The notes beneath the pieces were generated by a model. That model was given only the letters and a program-made list of their open reading frames with translations, did not search any database and was not told the origin of the DNA. A stretch of 63,915 bases of DNA, filler included. It is 9 parts of 9 records of this genome, joined end to end, with 100 filler letters (N's around TTAATTAATTAA, not from the genome) between each part and the next. Parts side by side here need not be neighbours in the genome. Positions count along the whole stretch, not along the records: positions 29,034 to 34,872 come from SRR31156797_68126; positions 34,973 to 46,429 come from SRR31156797_68139; 7 more parts are not named here. One strand, 5' to 3'. Positions 29,741 to 39,229 of this stretch are shown piece after piece. The position numbers and the translations under genes were made by a program. Positions within the stretch are counted from its first letter, which is position 1; each line of letters opens with the position of its first letter.

Positions 29741-30953
29741 ACATGAAGCTGTTTTAGTGGAGACGTTGAATCCTGACTGCTGCAACCAATGGCCTTACGA
29801 ACAAGATGTCTGCCTCACTTGTGCCATCTGTTCCAGCGCCTGTCCGATCTCCGGCATAGACGATTTCGATCCGAGAAAAATGGTGCGGATGATTTCCCTC
29901 GGAATGGTGGACCAGGTTGTCCAATCCCGTTGGCCCTGGATTTGTACCCTATGCGGAAAATGCGAGCAATGTTGCCCCATGGGGATCGACATTGCTGACC
30001 TGACACGGCAAATTCGGTCTCTGAGGGAGAAAAAACGAGTTCCGGGCGTGCTGTACAAAGGGCTTTCCGCAGCCCTTGAAACAGGGAACAATCTCTCTTT
30101 GCCCAAAGAAGATTTCATTTTTATCCTGGAAGATGTCGGTGAGGAGGTGGCCGAAGAAACAGGTTTTGAGGGGTTTTCCGTACCCATAGACAAGAAGGGG
30201 GCACGGATCCTCACCACCGTTCACAACAAACTGGTCAATACCCATACCGAAGACCTCAAACCATGGTGGAAAATTTTTCACGCAGCCGCTGAAGATTGGA
30301 CCGTGGCATCTGACAACTGGGAGGGCACCAACTGGGGATATTTCACCGGCGATGACGATGCAATGAAAATCATGGTCGGCAGGATCGTGGAAAACATGCG
30401 TCGCCTTGAAATCCATACATTGCTTTGGCCCGAATGAGGGCACGCCTATTTGGCGACCAGGTTTGGTCTGCAAAAATGGTTTCCCGAAGCATTGGAAGAG
30501 TTCAATACGGTCACGGTGTTCGATCTTCTTATAGACTATATCAAAAGCGGGCGCATCCAGCTGGACAGGCATCGATTTCAAGTCCGCGCAACCTACCATG
30601 ATCCATGCAACTACGGACGCAAGGCGAAAAAACTGTTCGGCCACGGATTTTTCGAAGAACCCCGATGGATTATGGATCAATGCCTGACCGACTGGGTGGA
30701 TCTTTATCCCACACAACTTCACCAGATCTGTTGCGGCGGCGGCGGCGGTACGCTGACAACGGGCTACAACGACGAACGCGTTTTATACGGACGTCGGAAG
30801 ATGGATCAAATCCGTGCTACGGGGGCACAGATGTTGGTCCTTCCCTGCCACAGCTGCCATGGTCAGATCAATGCCATCAAGGAGACCTATGAAATGAAGG
30901 ATCTTGCTGTCAAATATCTGTGGGAATTGGTGGCGGATTGCCTGGTTTTCTGA
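29733..30953 (+). CDS. HdrD/GlpC-like Fe-S oxidoreductase (2x4Fe-4S + CCG domains); predicted selenoprotein with Sec at TGA 30435-30437
   Basis: ORFs 29733-30437 and 30450-30953 are in frame; readthrough gives WPE-U-GHAY (cf. PECGH); C-terminal YHDPC, CCGGG, CHSC; SECIS-like hairpin follows. Confidence 0.85.
30449..30475 (+). promoter_or_regulatory. Bacterial SECIS element
   Basis: GACCA-GGTT-TGGTC hairpin (30455-30468) with an imperfect lower stem starting 11 nt after the UGA; G-containing apical loop. Confidence 0.75.
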
Positions 30954-31097
30954 TCATCCATACCTTGACAAACCGGAAAAAATTGACCATTACTATCCTC
31001 TTATGTGCTTTATCTCGATACCTTTGATGGTCTTTTTCGTTTCGAGATAGAGCGGTTTTGCCAATAACTCTACAAACCGTTACTGAAGAGGTTAGAA

Positions 31098-32798
31098 ATG
31101 TCCCAGAAGATCCTCATCGTCGGCGGTGTCGCCCTCGGTTCGAAGGCGGCCTGCCGCTTCAAACGCCTGGAACCCCGCTCAAAAGTTACCATCATCGATA
31201 AAGATAAATTCGTCTCCTACGGCGGATGCGGAATCCCCTTTTATGTGTCCGGGGATGTGAGCGATGTCAATGACCTGCGAAAGACAAGCTTTCACATGCT
31301 TCGGGACGAAGCGTTTTTCAAGGACTGCAAAGACATCGATGTCCTCACCGAGACGCAGGCCACGAAAATCGATCGGGATAACAAACAGCTTCATATTATT
31401 CAAAAGGATGGAACACCGGATATCCTGGAGTATGACAAACTGGTGCTGGGAACCGGAAGCCGGCCGCGGAAGCTGATGATCCCAGGTGCCGATCTTCCCA
31501 TGGTCCACACATCGGCAAACCTTAGTGATGCGCAGGCCATCAAGGCGTTGGTTACCAAAGGGCAGGTAGAAAAAGCCGTGATTGTCGGTGGCGGATTTAT
31601 CGGTCTTGAAATGGCGGAAGCACTGGCAGACATGTGGGAAGTGGACACCACCATCGTGGAGTATTTCGGTCAGATCATGCCCGGTTTTGTTAGCGCTCAA
31701 TTTGCCAAAATGGCCCAGGGTCAGATGGAAAAACATGGCGTACATTTTTTCCTGAATGAAGAAGTGCAGGCCATAGAGGGGACCGACACCGTAAAGGCCG
31801 TTGTAACGAATAAACGGAGGCTGGAAGCGGACCTGGTCATTATCGCCATCGGATCGGCACCCAATATCGAACTCGCCAGGGAAGCGGGGCTTCGCATAGG
31901 ACCGACGGGAGCCATTTGCGTGGACGAACATATGCGAACGTCGGATCCTACCATCTATTCCGGTGGAGATTGTGCCGAAATTCGAAATCTGGTCACCGGT
32001 CAACCAGGCTATTACCCACTGGGATCCATGGCCAATCGCCAGGGACGGGTCATCGGAACCAATTTGGCCGGTGGCAGTGCCGAATTCAAGGGTGCCGTCG
32101 GCTCCTTCGTGGTCAAGACCTTCGATACCGCTCTGGCAGGAACCGGTTTGAGTCTGGAAGGTGCCCGAAGGGCCGGCTTCGATGCGGTCAGTGTTCAGGT
32201 GGCGCAGTTGGACCGCGCCCACTTTTATCCGGAAAAGGGCATGCTTCACCTGGAACTGGTTGTTGAAAGAAAGTCGCGACGCATTCTTGGGATCCAGGGG
32301 TATGGCGAGCAGGGCGATGCGGTGGTGGGGCGTGTCAACATGGTTGCGGCCATCCTGGAGGATCGGCCGACGGTGGACCGGCTCAGCAATGTGGAGCTGG
32401 CCTACTCCCCGCCGTTTTCTTCCGCTATGGATGTCCTCAATTCGATGGCCAATGCCGCCGAAAATATGCTCGACGGACACTACAAGCCTATCGATGCGGA
32501 TGGGTTTGCTGAAAAATGGGTCGATGGAAGCGGAAATCTCTTGGTTTTGGACTGTCGTGCAACGCAAGACGGCGAAGCCTATGCCAAGAAATATCCGGAC
32601 CGATGGATCAATATTCCCCAAGATGAACTGAAAAAACGAGTGGGAGAAATTCCCAAGGACAAAGATCTGGTCCTGATCTGCAATACGGGGGTTCGCTCCT
32701 ACGAGGCGCAGCTTAACCTCCGAGATATGGGGGTTGCCGATCCCGTGAGCGTTCAGGGGGGGATTGTCACGCTGAACAAATGCGGTTTGGATCTATAA
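31098..32798 (+). CDS. CoA-disulfide reductase-rhodanese fusion (Npsr/CoADR-RHD-like)
   Basis: GGVALG, SYGGCG redox Cys, GGGFIGLE, GDC, YSPPFS, C-terminal rhodanese CNTGVRS. Confidence 0.88.
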   Translation: MSQKILIVGGVALGSKAACRFKRLEPRSKVTIIDKDKFVSYGGCGIPFYVSGDVSDVNDLRKTSFHMLRDEAFFKDCKDIDVLTETQATKIDRDNKQLHIIQKDGTPDILEYDKLVLGTGSRPRKLMIPGADLPMVHTSANLSDAQAIKALVTKGQVEKAVIVGGGFIGLEMAEALADMWEVDTTIVEYFGQIMPGFVSAQFAKMAQGQMEKHGVHFFLNEEVQAIEGTDTVKAVVTNKRRLEADLVIIAIGSAPNIELAREAGLRIGPTGAICVDEHMRTSDPTIYSGGDCAEIRNLVTGQPGYYPLGSMANRQGRVIGTNLAGGSAEFKGAVGSFVVKTFDTALAGTGLSLEGARRAGFDAVSVQVAQLDRAHFYPEKGMLHLELVVERKSRRILGIQGYGEQGDAVVGRVNMVAAILEDRPTVDRLSNVELAYSPPFSSAMDVLNSMANAAENMLDGHYKPIDADGFAEKWVDGSGNLLVLDCRATQDGEAYAKKYPDRWINIPQDELKKRVGEIPKDKDLVLICNTGVRSYEAQLNLRDMGVADPVSVQGGIVTLNKCGLDL

Positions 32799-32803
32799 AA
32801 CCG

Positions 32804-32839
32804 AAGAAGGGGAGCAAAGACTTCCCTGCTCCCCTTCTT
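32804..32839. terminator. Bidirectional terminator between convergent genes
   Basis: AAGAAGGGGAGCA / TGCTCCCCTTCTT perfect 13-bp arms. Confidence 0.8.
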
Positions 32840-32861
32840 TATTTAGCTGAATTCGTTATCT

Positions 32862-33305
32862 TTATTCGATGGTGATCTGCTTCGGTTTAACGGCTTCGGG
32901 TTTTGGAATATTCAGTTGGAGTACGCCATCCTTGTACTCCGCTTTGATTTTTTCAGAATCCGTCTCCAGGGGCAGCGTGAAAGAGCGCTGAAACCTGCCG
33001 AAGGACCTCTCCCGCCGGAAGTAGTTCTCTTCATTTACCTCCGTATCCGAGTGGCGCTCCCCTTTGAGGGTCAGAATCCGGCCATCCACATCGATGGCAA
33101 TCTTGTCTTTTTCCACTCCAGGCAGTTCAGCCTTCATAACAATCTTGTCTTCTTCTTCGAAAACGTCCACTTTTGGATTCCAGCCCTGGCTTAACTCACC
33201 CCGGCCATGGTTGAAAAAATCGCCGAAAAAATCATCGAACAAAGTGTCCATGTGTCTTTTGTAACCGGCCAATTGTCTGTTTGGATTGAATCTTACGAGA
33301 TGCAT
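32862..33305 (-). CDS. Hsp20/alpha-crystallin small heat-shock protein
   Basis: PKVDVFE, AELPGV, ERSFGRFQRSF, A.YKDGVL. Confidence 0.95.
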   Translation of the reverse strand: MHLVRFNPNRQLAGYKRHMDTLFDDFFGDFFNHGRGELSQGWNPKVDVFEEEDKIVMKAELPGVEKDKIAIDVDGRILTLKGERHSDTEVNEENYFRRERSFGRFQRSFTLPLETDSEKIKAEYKDGVLQLNIPKPEAVKPKQITIE

Positions 33306-33360
33306 GATCTTTCCTCCTGTTGATTTTATTGTTTCAATAATTGCTTCTTTTTATGAAACA

Positions 33361-33388
33361 AAGATAATCCAAAGAAGGAATCTGTCAA
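33361..33388 (-). promoter_or_regulatory. Putative sigma70-type promoter of hsp20
   Basis: Minus strand TTGACA-N16-TATCTT. Confidence 0.4.
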
Positions 33389-33434
33389 TACTTTTTTATA
33401 CATTACTAAAATAAATTTACACAATATAATAATG

Positions 33435-33914
33435 TTATCTTTCAATCGGATGGTTCCCTTCCCGCCATAGACTCCATCCATTTTTTAAATAGCGCACCTG
33501 ATCAAATCCGTTAAAAAACAAAAACTCTGCCAAATCTGGTGCCAAATGGCACTCTTCGCCATCGCAATAGGTAATTATCGGAGTTGCTGGGTCGGTTGAA
33601 ACCAAAAAGTCAGGTAGCCAGATCTCTCGATCGTCTAGAAACAAATTGACAGCACCTTGAATATGACCAGCTTCATAATCAATTTGGTTTCGAGCGTCTA
33701 CAAACAGCACGGCCCCCTCTTTGAAGCGCTGTACGGCTTCAGCAAGGGAAATGGTAGAGATTTGATCAGTCATGGTTCCTTGGGAAAGATCCTTAACATT
33801 TTCGGTTGAGGAGACCATTTCGATTTTATCGGGTCTGGCCCAATAGACGATCAAAGCCACGCCGATACTGAGGAAAATGAGAATTAACGCCTCTTTGGCC
33901 GCCTGCTTGAGCAT
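33435..33914 (-). CDS. Membrane-anchored rhodanese-like protein
   Basis: N-terminal TM, VDAR, GHIQGA, YCDGEEC, L..GW; start uncertain (33914 or 33956). Confidence 0.82.
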   Translation of the reverse strand: MLKQAAKEALILIFLSIGVALIVYWARPDKIEMVSSTENVKDLSQGTMTDQISTISLAEAVQRFKEGAVLFVDARNQIDYEAGHIQGAVNLFLDDREIWLPDFLVSTDPATPIITYCDGEECHLAPDLAEFLFFNGFDQVRYLKNGWSLWREGNHPIER

Positions 33915-34128
33915 GAATAACCAGTCCTTTCCATAATAGATGTAAGCCGTCACCATAAATTCAGGAGAATTTAATCATCCAAAAAAATAGAATCAATAGG
34001 AAAGGATTTTTCCTATCTGCATATTGCATTTTTTTCCGCTTTTATCCACAATGCAGCGAATGCTCGGAAAAATGTAGGGGGATCACTGGAGCGGTCGTGG
34101 AAAAAGAGATTTTTTAAAGGAGAAAATT

Positions 34129-34317
34129 ATGTGTGACATCAACGTGTTCGTCAAAAAAAACGGTATTGAGGAAAAGGTTTTGGAAAATGTGGAGCTCGTG
34201 GAGGAGTCAGCCGAAGGTGTGCGTCTCGTCAATATCTTCGGCGAGGAACGGCTGCTCAAAGCCAGAATGGTTCTATACAATAACAGCGACAAAAGGATGG
34301 TCTTTCAGCCGGTGTAG
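34129..34317 (+). CDS. cooT: CooT-family nickel-binding protein
   Basis: MC N-terminus, LENV, NIFGE; 62 aa; AGGAG RBS. Confidence 0.8.
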   Translation: MCDINVFVKKNGIEEKVLENVELVEESAEGVRLVNIFGEERLLKARMVLYNNSDKRMVFQPV

Positions 34318-34350
34318 TTTTCCTGTTTGAATGAAAAAAGGAGGTCCGCC

Positions 34351-34872
34351 TTAATCGTAGGTTTCAATAAAAAGCCGTGACTGTTCGAATCGTTTGTCGA
34401 TGATCCTTACGGCATCTCGTATCATCGCACGATGGCCGCACAAATAAAAATCATAGCGGCCCGTTTCCAGGATCTGTTCCAGGTAGTCGGTGACGCGGCC
34501 ACGGTAGTTGTTCTGCCCCTCTATGTCACTCCCTGCGGGGTTGCTGATGCAAGGGATATAGCGGCCCACATTTTCCTTTATCGATTCTTTGTAAATCAAT
34601 TGTTTCGTGGAACTCACACCATGCAGAAGTCGTGCCTGCTCCGCCTTTTTAGCACGACAGAAACAGACAAACGGAGCGACGCCCGTTCCGGTTGCCACAA
34701 ATACAGCGGGATTGTCCGAACGATGATAAATGAACTGACCGTGCGGTCCGGACAGTTGAAATAGGGTTCCGAAGCTAGCTTTTCCAAGTGTATTGGAAAA
34801 GAGTCCTCCGTCCACCAAGGCGATACAAAAATCAATTGTTCCCGAATCCGGGTGCGAAACGATGGAATAATC
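34351..34872 (-). CDS. FAD/NAD-binding oxidoreductase, FNR-like (5'-truncated)
   Basis: YSI, GPHG, ATGTGVAPF, YLCG. Confidence 0.85.
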   Translation of the reverse strand, partial: DYSIVSHPDSGTIDFCIALVDGGLFSNTLGKASFGTLFQLSGPHGQFIYHRSDNPAVFVATGTGVAPFVCFCRAKKAEQARLLHGVSSTKQLIYKESIKENVGRYIPCISNPAGSDIEGQNNYRGRVTDYLEQILETGRYDFYLCGHRAMIRDAVRIIDKRFEQSRLFIETYD

Positions 34873-34972
34873 NNNNNNNNNNNNNNNNNNNNNNNNNNNN
34901 NNNNNNNNNNNNNNNNTTAATTAATTAANNNNNNNNNNNNNNNNNNNNNNNNNNNNNNNNNNNNNNNNNNNN
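34873..34972. other. Artificial contig spacer
   Basis: N-run + TTAATTAATTAA + N-run. Confidence 0.98.
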
Positions 34973-36096
34973 CTGTAAAACAACGACGATTTCATGGAAA
35001 AAAACATATAAGGTTCCATTCCGTATTGTTGCGTTGCCTGTGCCATTTCACCTGTAAGAGGCATTGGATTGTAGAAAAAATATAAACAGAAAATATAGCT
35101 GATAATTAATCCAACAGAACAGCCAATTAATCCAATAAATATAGTTTCCAGAAATACAATAACAGAAAGTTTTTGCTTTTTCATACCTACCGCGTGAATA
35201 ACACCAAACTCGCGTTTTCGTTCTTTTACCATCATCATAACCACGCTAAACATTCCAAATGCAATAACAATGTATAGAATGCCAAGCATGATTATTCCAC
35301 TGCCACGGTCGCTTTGAATAAGCTGAACAATTTCGGGTTGCATTTCTTCCCAGGTCATAACAGTATTTCTTTCCGGAAGCAATTTTTCAATTTCTTTTTT
35401 GAGGTGATTTATTTTATAATGATCATCAGTCATAACTACCAGCGAAGTTGAAATTCCATAAGCAGAATAAAACTCCCGGGCATTATTAATGTCTAGGTAA
35501 ACGAGTCTTTTATTGAATTCGGGATTAGGGTGTTTCATTATTCCTATAATCTCAAAAAGTCCGTTGGCGCTTATTCCGTGGTATCCCTGGCTAATCATTA
35601 CAAGAGTATCTCCAACGCTCAGATTCAAATATCCGGCCAGTCCTTCAGCTAAAACAACTCCCTTATCGCCGGTTTTAAGAAACCGCCCGGATTGTATTTT
35701 TTTTGAAATATTGGTAATCTGATCTTCAGCTTCGGGTTCAATGCCCATAACCATTGCCGGTTTGCTGTGCATGTGGTCGGCAGCCAATGCAAACGATTCA
35801 ACCCGGTGCGATACCAAAGTAACATTTTTAATATTCTCAATTTCAGATTTCAGATCTTCCGATGCTTCGAAACCATTATCCAGCGTACGTTCGTCCCAAA
35901 ATGCAGTGTCCTGAACCTGAAGATAACCGCTGTAAAATTTTACGGTATTGTCTATCATACTGTCGTACGATCCCTCTTGCATAGAGCGCATCCACGAAGC
36001 CAGTAGAACACTAAATATTATGGATGAAATAGCGATGAATGTCCGCCGCCGGTTCCTCCATAAATTCCTCCAGGCAAGTTTTAAATTGGTTTTCAT
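34973..36096 (-). CDS. ABC transporter permease, FtsX/LolE type (3'-truncated)
   Basis: LAWRNLWRNRRRT, ERKREFG..AVGM. Confidence 0.9.
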
Positions 36097-36154
36097 TTTT
36101 ATATCGATTATTAGTTGTATTCTTTAGTCACTGTTAACTGCGACTGATGACTTT

Positions 36155-36898
36155 TTATCTTATTCTTTTCATATTTTGTTGCGAGAAAAATGACTCATCA
36201 ACTTTTATATTAAATTTCATATTCTTAAAGATTATTACTGTTTTGTTGCCTTCTTCATCGGCCGGAATCATTTCCATTCTGGTTGGCATCGTTCGGTCGT
36301 CCATTTGTTTAATATCAGATAAAATTTCAGTATTAACCAGATAATTATCTTCATCGTAATATTCGGCTTTTAACCAGTGGTGTTCTTCTTTGGAAACCCA
36401 CATCACAATTTTCCCCCAAACTACCGGGGCATCATCATGTGGAATTAATTCGGCTTTATAACATTCCATTTCCTGAACTGTTTCTTCTCCAACCAGATTG
36501 TGCGTATAATCTTTAACCAGGGAAGACTCACGCACCAGATCGTCGTTTGTAAAATCCGATCCCATCCACGATTGCATCATCATCGACGGTGGAATTTTTA
36601 TCATGCGTTCAATGGTAGGTACCCAGTTCCACATTTCGTTGTGTCGTTTCAGAAAAACCTGACCTTTTTCTTTTGCAGGTGCGGTAATATATATCAGTGA
36701 AAAATCATTTCCTAAAGTCCAGTTTTTCATGGTTACTTCACGCGACCAGTTCGGTCTTTCAATTATCATCGTCATTTCTCCCTGGCTTGATGTGCCACGA
36801 AATTTCTCGTCGGCCTGTCTGATAATTTCTTTTATATCCTGAGCATTTGTTATAAAGGCACTTAAAAGGAGTATTCCGAATAAAATTCCTGATTTCAT
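36155..36898 (-). CDS. Outer-membrane lipoprotein-sorting (LolA-like) protein
   Basis: Signal peptide, PAKEKG..FLK, SWMGSDFTNDD. Confidence 0.85.
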   Translation of the reverse strand: MKSGILFGILLLSAFITNAQDIKEIIRQADEKFRGTSSQGEMTMIIERPNWSREVTMKNWTLGNDFSLIYITAPAKEKGQVFLKRHNEMWNWVPTIERMIKIPPSMMMQSWMGSDFTNDDLVRESSLVKDYTHNLVGEETVQEMECYKAELIPHDDAPVVWGKIVMWVSKEEHHWLKAEYYDEDNYLVNTEILSDIKQMDDRTMPTRMEMIPADEEGNKTVIIFKNMKFNIKVDESFFSQQNMKRIR

Positions 36899-36909
36899 AA
36901 CTTTAATAT

Positions 36910-37503
36910 TTATTGGTTTTTTATGATTTTAAAACATGCGTTGATTACTTTTTCTTTCATTAATTCCATTGGGAAAACGTCGGGAGCAACAATACAATAT
37001 AAAAATGCACCTTCTATCATTGCACTAATTGCTATTAAATCACCTTCCGGATCGGAACTGCCTTGTGATTTAATAAAGTTGTACATCATTGAAAATACAG
37101 GTTCCCCTTTTGTTTTATATTGTTCTGAAAAGCTATCGGCAACCTGTGGCTGAACCAGCAACGAAAAGAATAATTTCCAGTGTTGCATGTTTTCCTCTAA
37201 GAGTTCAAAGTTGTGGTTAATAAAATGAATAAATTCTTCTTTGGTTACTATTCCATCTTTATTTAAATCGAGATTGTCGAAAATTGAATCAAATCCATGT
37301 AAAATTAATTCATCGAGGATTTCTTTTTTGCTATCGAAATAATTGTAGGTGAGCCCCTTTGAAATTCCGGCTTTCTTTGCTATCTGACTAATGGAAGTAG
37401 CGTGGAACCCGTTTTCTGCAAAAAGTTCAAGCGCTGTTTCCATTATCAATTCTTTTTTCTGTTTTCTGATATTGTCGAATTGTTTCGCACTTCGAGGTGA
37501 CAT
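36910..37503 (-). CDS. TetR/AcrR-family transcriptional regulator
   Basis: ALELFAENGFHATSISQIAKKAGISKGLTYNYF. Confidence 0.93.
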   Translation of the reverse strand: MSPRSAKQFDNIRKQKKELIMETALELFAENGFHATSISQIAKKAGISKGLTYNYFDSKKEILDELILHGFDSIFDNLDLNKDGIVTKEEFIHFINHNFELLEENMQHWKLFFSLLVQPQVADSFSEQYKTKGEPVFSMMYNFIKSQGSSDPEGDLIAISAMIEGAFLYCIVAPDVFPMELMKEKVINACFKIIKNQ

Positions 37504-37530
37504 GATAATTTGTTTTAATTTATTAATTGA

Positions 37531-37618
37531 TTGAACGGTCGGTCAAAAATAAACTTGTTTTTTGAGTTATGCAATAGTTTTTGTGTTAAATAAATGTTAA
37601 AAATGACCAATCGGTCAT
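37531..37618. promoter_or_regulatory. Two palindromic TetR-type operators
   Basis: TTGAACG-GT-CGGTCAA (37531-37546) and ATGACC-AATC-GGTCAT (37603-37618). Confidence 0.65.
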
Positions 37619-37727
37619 ATTGGGCATTTAAAGAATTTTTTCTTTAGAAGTTTTGAAATAATTATTTTTCAAAAAACAGAACTCTTATATTTACGCTTCC
37701 AAATAAAATAAACCAAAAAACAATTTT

Positions 37728-39044
37728 ATGGATTCAGATAGAAGAAAATTTATCAAAACTTCGGCTATTGCTACTGCAGCAATTGGAACATTTCCAACAA
37801 TTATGAATGCATGTGCATCGCCCAATGAAAAGATTGTAGTAGGGTTAGTAGGATGCCTGGGGCAGGGCTTTGCAAATTTGAAAGCATTTTTAAATCAGAA
37901 AAATGTAGAATGTGCCGCTTTGTGCGATGTTGATAGAAATGTTTTGGAAGAAAGAGCTGCCGAAGTAGAAGATATTCAGGGGAAAAAACCATTGTTGTAT
38001 GAAGATTACCGTGAATTATTGGATAATAAAGATATTGATGTTGTTATTAATGCAACACCCGACCACTGGCATACATTAATAGCCATTCATGCTATGGAAG
38101 CCGGGAAAAGTTTATACACCGAAAAGCCGTTGGCTAATTCCATTCAGGAATGCAATTTAATGGTAAAAGCCCAAAAAAGATATGGAACGGTGGTTCAGGT
38201 GGGGCAGTGGCAGCGAAGCGATCCTCACTGGATGGCAGCTGTTGAATATTTACATGCAGGAAATATTGGCCGGATTCGTTCAGTTCGGGCGTGGTCTTAT
38301 GTAGGATGGAAAAGTTCAATTCCTGTAGTTGCCGATTCCGAAGTTCCGGAAGGTGTTAATTATGATCTCTGGTTAGGACCTGCACCCAATCGCGCATTCA
38401 ATTCAAATCGTTTTCACTTTACATTCCGGTGGTATTGGGATTATGCCGGTGGTTTAATGGCCGATTGGGGTGTTCATTTGTTAGATTATGCATTGTTTGG
38501 GATGAATCAGTATGTTCCAAAATCGGTAATGGCAACCGGTGGAAAATACGCTTTCCCGACTGATGCTATGGAAACACCCGATACATTAATGTCGGTTTAC
38601 GATTTTGGTGATTTTGGTTTATTGTGGGATCATACCATTGGTATTTATGGTGCGCAGTACGGAAATCGCGGACATGGAGTCGCTTTTGTTGGAGAGTGGG
38701 GGACTTTGGTTGTCGATAGAAATGGCTGGGAGGTTATTCCGGAAACCAGAAGTACGAGTGCAAAAGAAGGTTTCGAAGGAATGCCTCTGCAAAAAGGAAC
38801 CGGAAAAGGATTAGACCTTCATGTTGAGAATTTTATTGATTGTATAAAAACAGGAGCAAAACCAAATTGCGATATTGAAACTGGTGCACACATTGCACGG
38901 ATTAGCCACCTGGGAAATATTTCATACCGATTGGGAAGAAAAGTATTTTGGGATCCGGATAAACAGGAATTTATTGGTGATGAGGAGGCAACTCAAATGG
39001 TGTATGCCAATTATCGATCGCCTTGGGAATTGCCAAAAGTTTAA
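37728..39044 (+). CDS. Tat-exported Gfo/Idh/MocA oxidoreductase
   Basis: RRKFIK Tat motif, ATPDHWH, EKP, DWGVH. Confidence 0.9.
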   Translation: MDSDRRKFIKTSAIATAAIGTFPTIMNACASPNEKIVVGLVGCLGQGFANLKAFLNQKNVECAALCDVDRNVLEERAAEVEDIQGKKPLLYEDYRELLDNKDIDVVINATPDHWHTLIAIHAMEAGKSLYTEKPLANSIQECNLMVKAQKRYGTVVQVGQWQRSDPHWMAAVEYLHAGNIGRIRSVRAWSYVGWKSSIPVVADSEVPEGVNYDLWLGPAPNRAFNSNRFHFTFRWYWDYAGGLMADWGVHLLDYALFGMNQYVPKSVMATGGKYAFPTDAMETPDTLMSVYDFGDFGLLWDHTIGIYGAQYGNRGHGVAFVGEWGTLVVDRNGWEVIPETRSTSAKEGFEGMPLQKGTGKGLDLHVENFIDCIKTGAKPNCDIETGAHIARISHLGNISYRLGRKVFWDPDKQEFIGDEEATQMVYANYRSPWELPKV

Positions 39045-39069
39045 GAAGAAATACTATTTACATATTTTG

Positions 39070-39121
39070 AAAAAGCAGGGAAGTGTATTTTTTATATTTC
39101 TCTGCTTTTTTTTTTTTTTGT
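39070..39121. terminator. Rho-independent terminator
   Basis: AAAAAGCAGGGAA ... TTCTCTGCTTTTT plus a long T run, between convergent genes. Confidence 0.65.
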
Positions 39122-39229
39122 CGCTTTAAGAATATGATTTACAGTGTTTTGTGCTTTGTTTATGACGTTTGAGTAGTACTTGCTATTTACTGGCAAAACA
39201 AATATAAAATCAATTTAATTAACCTTTTG

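Noticed and set aside
30435-30437. Nonsense mutation (pseudogene) or two separate genes
   Set aside because: The UGA sits at a conserved Cys position with a SECIS-like hairpin downstream, and the second ORF has only a TTG start with no clear RBS.
31179-32621. 480-aa minus-strand ORF
   Set aside because: Antisense shadow of the CoADR-rhodanese gene.
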